Positions 61,113 through 64,000 of a stretch of DNA of 64,000 nt are shown here, piece after piece. Made by a program: the position numbers and the translations under genes. The notes below the pieces were generated by a model. That model had not been told where the DNA came from, did no database searches, and saw only the letters and a program-made list of their open reading frames with translations. The DNA comes from Candidatus Freyarchaeum deiterrae (lineage in GTDB: Archaea; Asgardarchaeota; Jordiarchaeia; Jordiarchaeales; Jordiarchaeaceae). Where the stretch lies: assembly GCA_037305845.1 (NCBI GenBank), contig CP147778.1:224001-288000 (forward strand). The letters run 5' to 3'. Positions within the stretch are counted from its first letter, which is position 1, and the number at the start of each line of letters is the position of its first letter.

Positions 61113-61511
61113 GTGGCTGTAATTATAGATGCAAGTGAGATGCAGAGGGAAAGATTTATGGTTGTATACGAAGTCCCGGAAACGGGTAATATGATTGAAC
61201 TGGTGGAACTGAATCTTGGTAGATGGAAACCGTTCGTAGTAGCCATCATTGATATTAACTTTAAGGTTTGGGGTCAGAAAGGAGAAATCAGTCCTGAGGT
61301 TTTCGATTACTTTAAAAAGTTTCCTTTAAATGAAATGCATCTCGGAGACAGTGTACATAATAGTAACACTTTTCTAATGAAGGTCACAGAAAAAACGGGA
61401 ATCATAGTGGGAATAGATGATATGCAATTGTCTAGGCTTGCGGCTATTAATCTGCGTGGAAGAATAAGTGCACTATCAGATTTCTACTATTTGGAAAGAT
61501 TCATAGATTAA
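61113..61511 (+). CDS. Hypothetical protein
   Basis: 132-aa ORF; no motif recognised. Confidence 0.55.
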   Translation: MAVIIDASEMQRERFMVVYEVPETGNMIELVELNLGRWKPFVVAIIDINFKVWGQKGEISPEVFDYFKKFPLNEMHLGDSVHNSNTFLMKVTEKTGIIVGIDDMQLSRLAAINLRGRISALSDFYYLERFID

Positions 61512-61889
61512 AGTAGCCCCCCCAAACAAAACCTAGTGATGCTGCCAAATCAGAAGAGATAGTTATTCAACGGAGAAAAAAAGGCTTTTAATGTGGTAAT
61601 ATTTTTCAACTCCAAAAAAGGTCGCATATTAAGATCACCAGCTCCCTTTTTTTAATAATGCTTGATAACTGAATCGCTATCTCTCTTCTTTAGAAGCCGA
61701 CTACTATACTATGAAAAGGAGGCTGCTTCTTAAATCGTGATCAATTTTCATGCCAGAAATCAAATTCAGTAAGTGTCCGTCTACAAAAGCTGTTTTTATA
61801 AGTTTTTCAGTTGGAGAATCACTGGAAAGAGTTAAAATGATTGTTAGCCTATTCATATTTTTTAACGAATATAAGAAAGGGGATACTGA

Positions 61890-62888
61890 ATGAAGATTGC
61901 TTTCTTTGAAACAGAAGAGTGGGAGAGAGAGTACTTGTCAAAAGGATTGGAAGGGTACTCTATTGAGTTTTTTGATGGCCCCTTGAATTCCAAAAATTTG
62001 GATAAAGTAAAGGATTATGAAGTTTTTTCTGTGTCTATCTACTCAAAAGTTAGTCGAGAAGTTATTCAGAAATTGCCGAAACTGAGATTCATTTCTACGA
62101 GGTCCACGGGTTTTGACCACATAGATATCAATGAGTGTAAAGAAAGGAGTATTACCGTTTCTAATGTGCCTACGTACGGTGAGAACACTGTTGCTGAGCA
62201 CGCTTTTGCATTAATCTTGTCGATTACACGAAATGTGCACAAGTCGTATGTGAAGAGCTTGAACGAGGATTATTCAATGGAAGGCTTGAAAGGTTTCGAT
62301 CTGAAGGGAAAAACATTGGGGGTGGTGGGGACCGGGAATATCGGTTTGCACGTTATTAGGATGGCTAAGGGTTTTGGTATGAAGGTTATTGCTTACGACG
62401 TTAAGAGGCAGAAATTCCTTGCCGAGGTTCTTGATTTTACTTACGCTGGAACTCTTGATGAACTTTTGAAGCAGTCCGATATAGTGAGCCTGCATGTTCC
62501 CTATAGCAAACAAACTCACCACATGATTAACGGGGAAAAGCTCCTACTCATGAAAAAGGGAAGCATTCTGATCAATACTGCGAGAGGGGGCTTGGTGGAT
62601 AACAGCGCACTAATTGAAGCCTTGGATAATGGTACACTTAGAGGGGTTGGGCTTGACGTTATCGAGGGAGAAGAAGCAATCAAAGAAGAGAAAGCGTGCC
62701 TAATCGATGGCAGAAACAAAGCATTCTGTAATTTCATGGAGGAATTAGTTGTTAAACACCCCGACAAGGTAGTCTTTACCCCACACATCGCCTTCTACAG
62801 TCAGGAAGCACTGGAAAGAATTCTGGACACCACAATAGAGAACATCAAATCTTTTGAAGCGGGTCAGCCAGAAAACGTTATAGCATAG
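61890..62888 (+). CDS. D-isomer-specific 2-hydroxyacid (D-lactate-like) dehydrogenase
   Basis: Motifs RSTGFDHID, VAEHA, GVVGTGNIG, INTARG, TPHIAFYS. Confidence 0.95.
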   Translation: MKIAFFETEEWEREYLSKGLEGYSIEFFDGPLNSKNLDKVKDYEVFSVSIYSKVSREVIQKLPKLRFISTRSTGFDHIDINECKERSITVSNVPTYGENTVAEHAFALILSITRNVHKSYVKSLNEDYSMEGLKGFDLKGKTLGVVGTGNIGLHVIRMAKGFGMKVIAYDVKRQKFLAEVLDFTYAGTLDELLKQSDIVSLHVPYSKQTHHMINGEKLLLMKKGSILINTARGGLVDNSALIEALDNGTLRGVGLDVIEGEEAIKEEKACLIDGRNKAFCNFMEELVVKHPDKVVFTPHIAFYSQEALERILDTTIENIKSFEAGQPENVIA

Positions 62889-62973
62889 ATTCCATGTAAT
62901 AGTAAGGTTATTGAATCAGTTCAGTTAATGAACGCTGGCAGATATCCTACAAAAAAATGGAGGTGAACTGGAA

Positions 62974-63192
62974 ATGGTTAAAGATGAGGAACACGAAATA
63001 GCTGAAACTATGGCTGCTAACGCTTCATACCTGCAGGAAATTCTATGGGAGGCTCTGTCTATGAGGTTGTTTCTGAAGAAGAAGGGACTCCTGGACGAGT
63101 ATGTCGACGATAAGGAGATTATTAACGAGACCGATAACCTGTTTGAAAATGCTTTCAAAGAAATCGCAAAGGATGAAGACCAAGAAGAATAA
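62974..63192 (+). CDS. Small acidic hypothetical protein
   Basis: GGAGGTG RBS; 72-aa ORF. Confidence 0.6.
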   Translation: MVKDEEHEIAETMAANASYLQEILWEALSMRLFLKKKGLLDEYVDDKEIINETDNLFENAFKEIAKDEDQEE

Positions 63193-63703
63193 TGACAAAA
63201 AAAAGGAGACGCATTTTAGTAGTATCAGTAGAGGAATAGTTGGACACATTCCATGATGCGTTTCTGTCGAAATCCCTTTTCGCTAGCTAGTTCTTTCTAT
63301 TAGTTTGGGAAATTTTTGAATCCTATTCACAATTTTTCAATTTTTTATAGCCTTTCGTAAATTAATTTTTTCATTTTTCCAGTGGAAATAAAGGGGCTGT
63401 TGAGAGAATCGCAATACTAAAGCTCCAATGTTTATAAATAGACCCCAAAATTAATGCCAAGTTCTCAGCTTTGCTTATAAGGAATCATCAAAAATCGCGT
63501 TCACGAAAATCCTCAACCCTAGTTTTACACTCTTCTCTTCGAAAAGGATTAGGCTCAAAAATAAAAAAAATTTAATCTAGTGCGGATATCCGAAGCATAA
63601 TCTACTATGTTTTTATCTTATTATTCCCGCGATATATTATTTGATTTAAAAAATGATTATTTTCAGTTACTTGACAGAGTCTCCCTGTGGGTAAATCAGG
63701 CTC

Positions 63704-64000
63704 CTAGTATTTGTGGAATCCCTTTCCCGCTGCTTGACCAGTCCACCCATTCTTTACATATTCCTCGAATAAGGGGCAGGGCTTGTACAGTTCCATCTCA
63801 TACTCGGTATACAGTTTATTCAGGATTTCGAGCAGTTTATCCAGGCCTATGGTGTCTGCCAGCTCGCACATCCCAACGGGGGCCATTAAGCCTAGTTTTG
63901 TGACGGTATCTATTGTTTTGGGGTCGGCCATCTTGTCAGTGATCAACCAAAAGGCTTCGTTAGCCGCGTTAGCAAATACTCTCATAACGTCGTACTTGCC
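63704..64000 (-). CDS. 3-hydroxyacyl-CoA dehydrogenase, C-terminal part (runs off window)
   Basis: Motifs ANEAFWL, IDTVTKLG, LADTIGLD, GWTGQAAGKGFHKY. Confidence 0.9.
   Translation of the reverse strand, partial: GKYDVMRVFANAANEAFWLITDKMADPKTIDTVTKLGLMAPVGMCELADTIGLDKLLEILNKLYTEYEMELYKPCPLFEEYVKNGWTGQAAGKGFHKY

Overview
Archaeal genomic window, judged from TATA-type promoters, GGAGG/GGTGA ribosome-binding sites, DUF2283, HEPN-MNT and CPxCG proteins. The style is compatible with an Asgard- or Bathyarchaeia-like host, which is inference only. Layout: 1-18 kb holds metabolic and housekeeping genes (MEDS-PAS histidine kinase, Hsp20, acyl-CoA ligase, a large secreted beta-solenoid protein, paired DUF998-like genes, two amidases plus a remnant). 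19-25 kb holds toxin-antitoxin modules and HEAT-repeat proteins. 25-47 kb is a defence island. 47-54 kb is a second TA cluster interleaved with small repeats. 54-64 kb holds a tandemly amplified zinc-ribbon family and metabolic genes. Two systems stand out. (1) A non-canonical DISARM operon at 29.6-46.5 kb: a 2.1k-aa sacsin-like GHKL ATPase, a DrmD-like SNF2 helicase, a C5-cytosine methyltransferase and drmABC. It combines a class I component with a class II component and is preceded by Vsr, a BglII/BstYI-like endonuclease, a DGQHR protein and a nucleoside deoxyribosyltransferase. (2) Three ~210-bp IS200/IS605-derived mini-elements with no ORF. Each has a TTAC target, a TCAG right end, a TATA box and a TnpB omega-RNA-like scaffold followed by a different potential guide. 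A fourth diverged copy shows a compensatory base-pair change. No database search was run; all family calls come from motif recognition.
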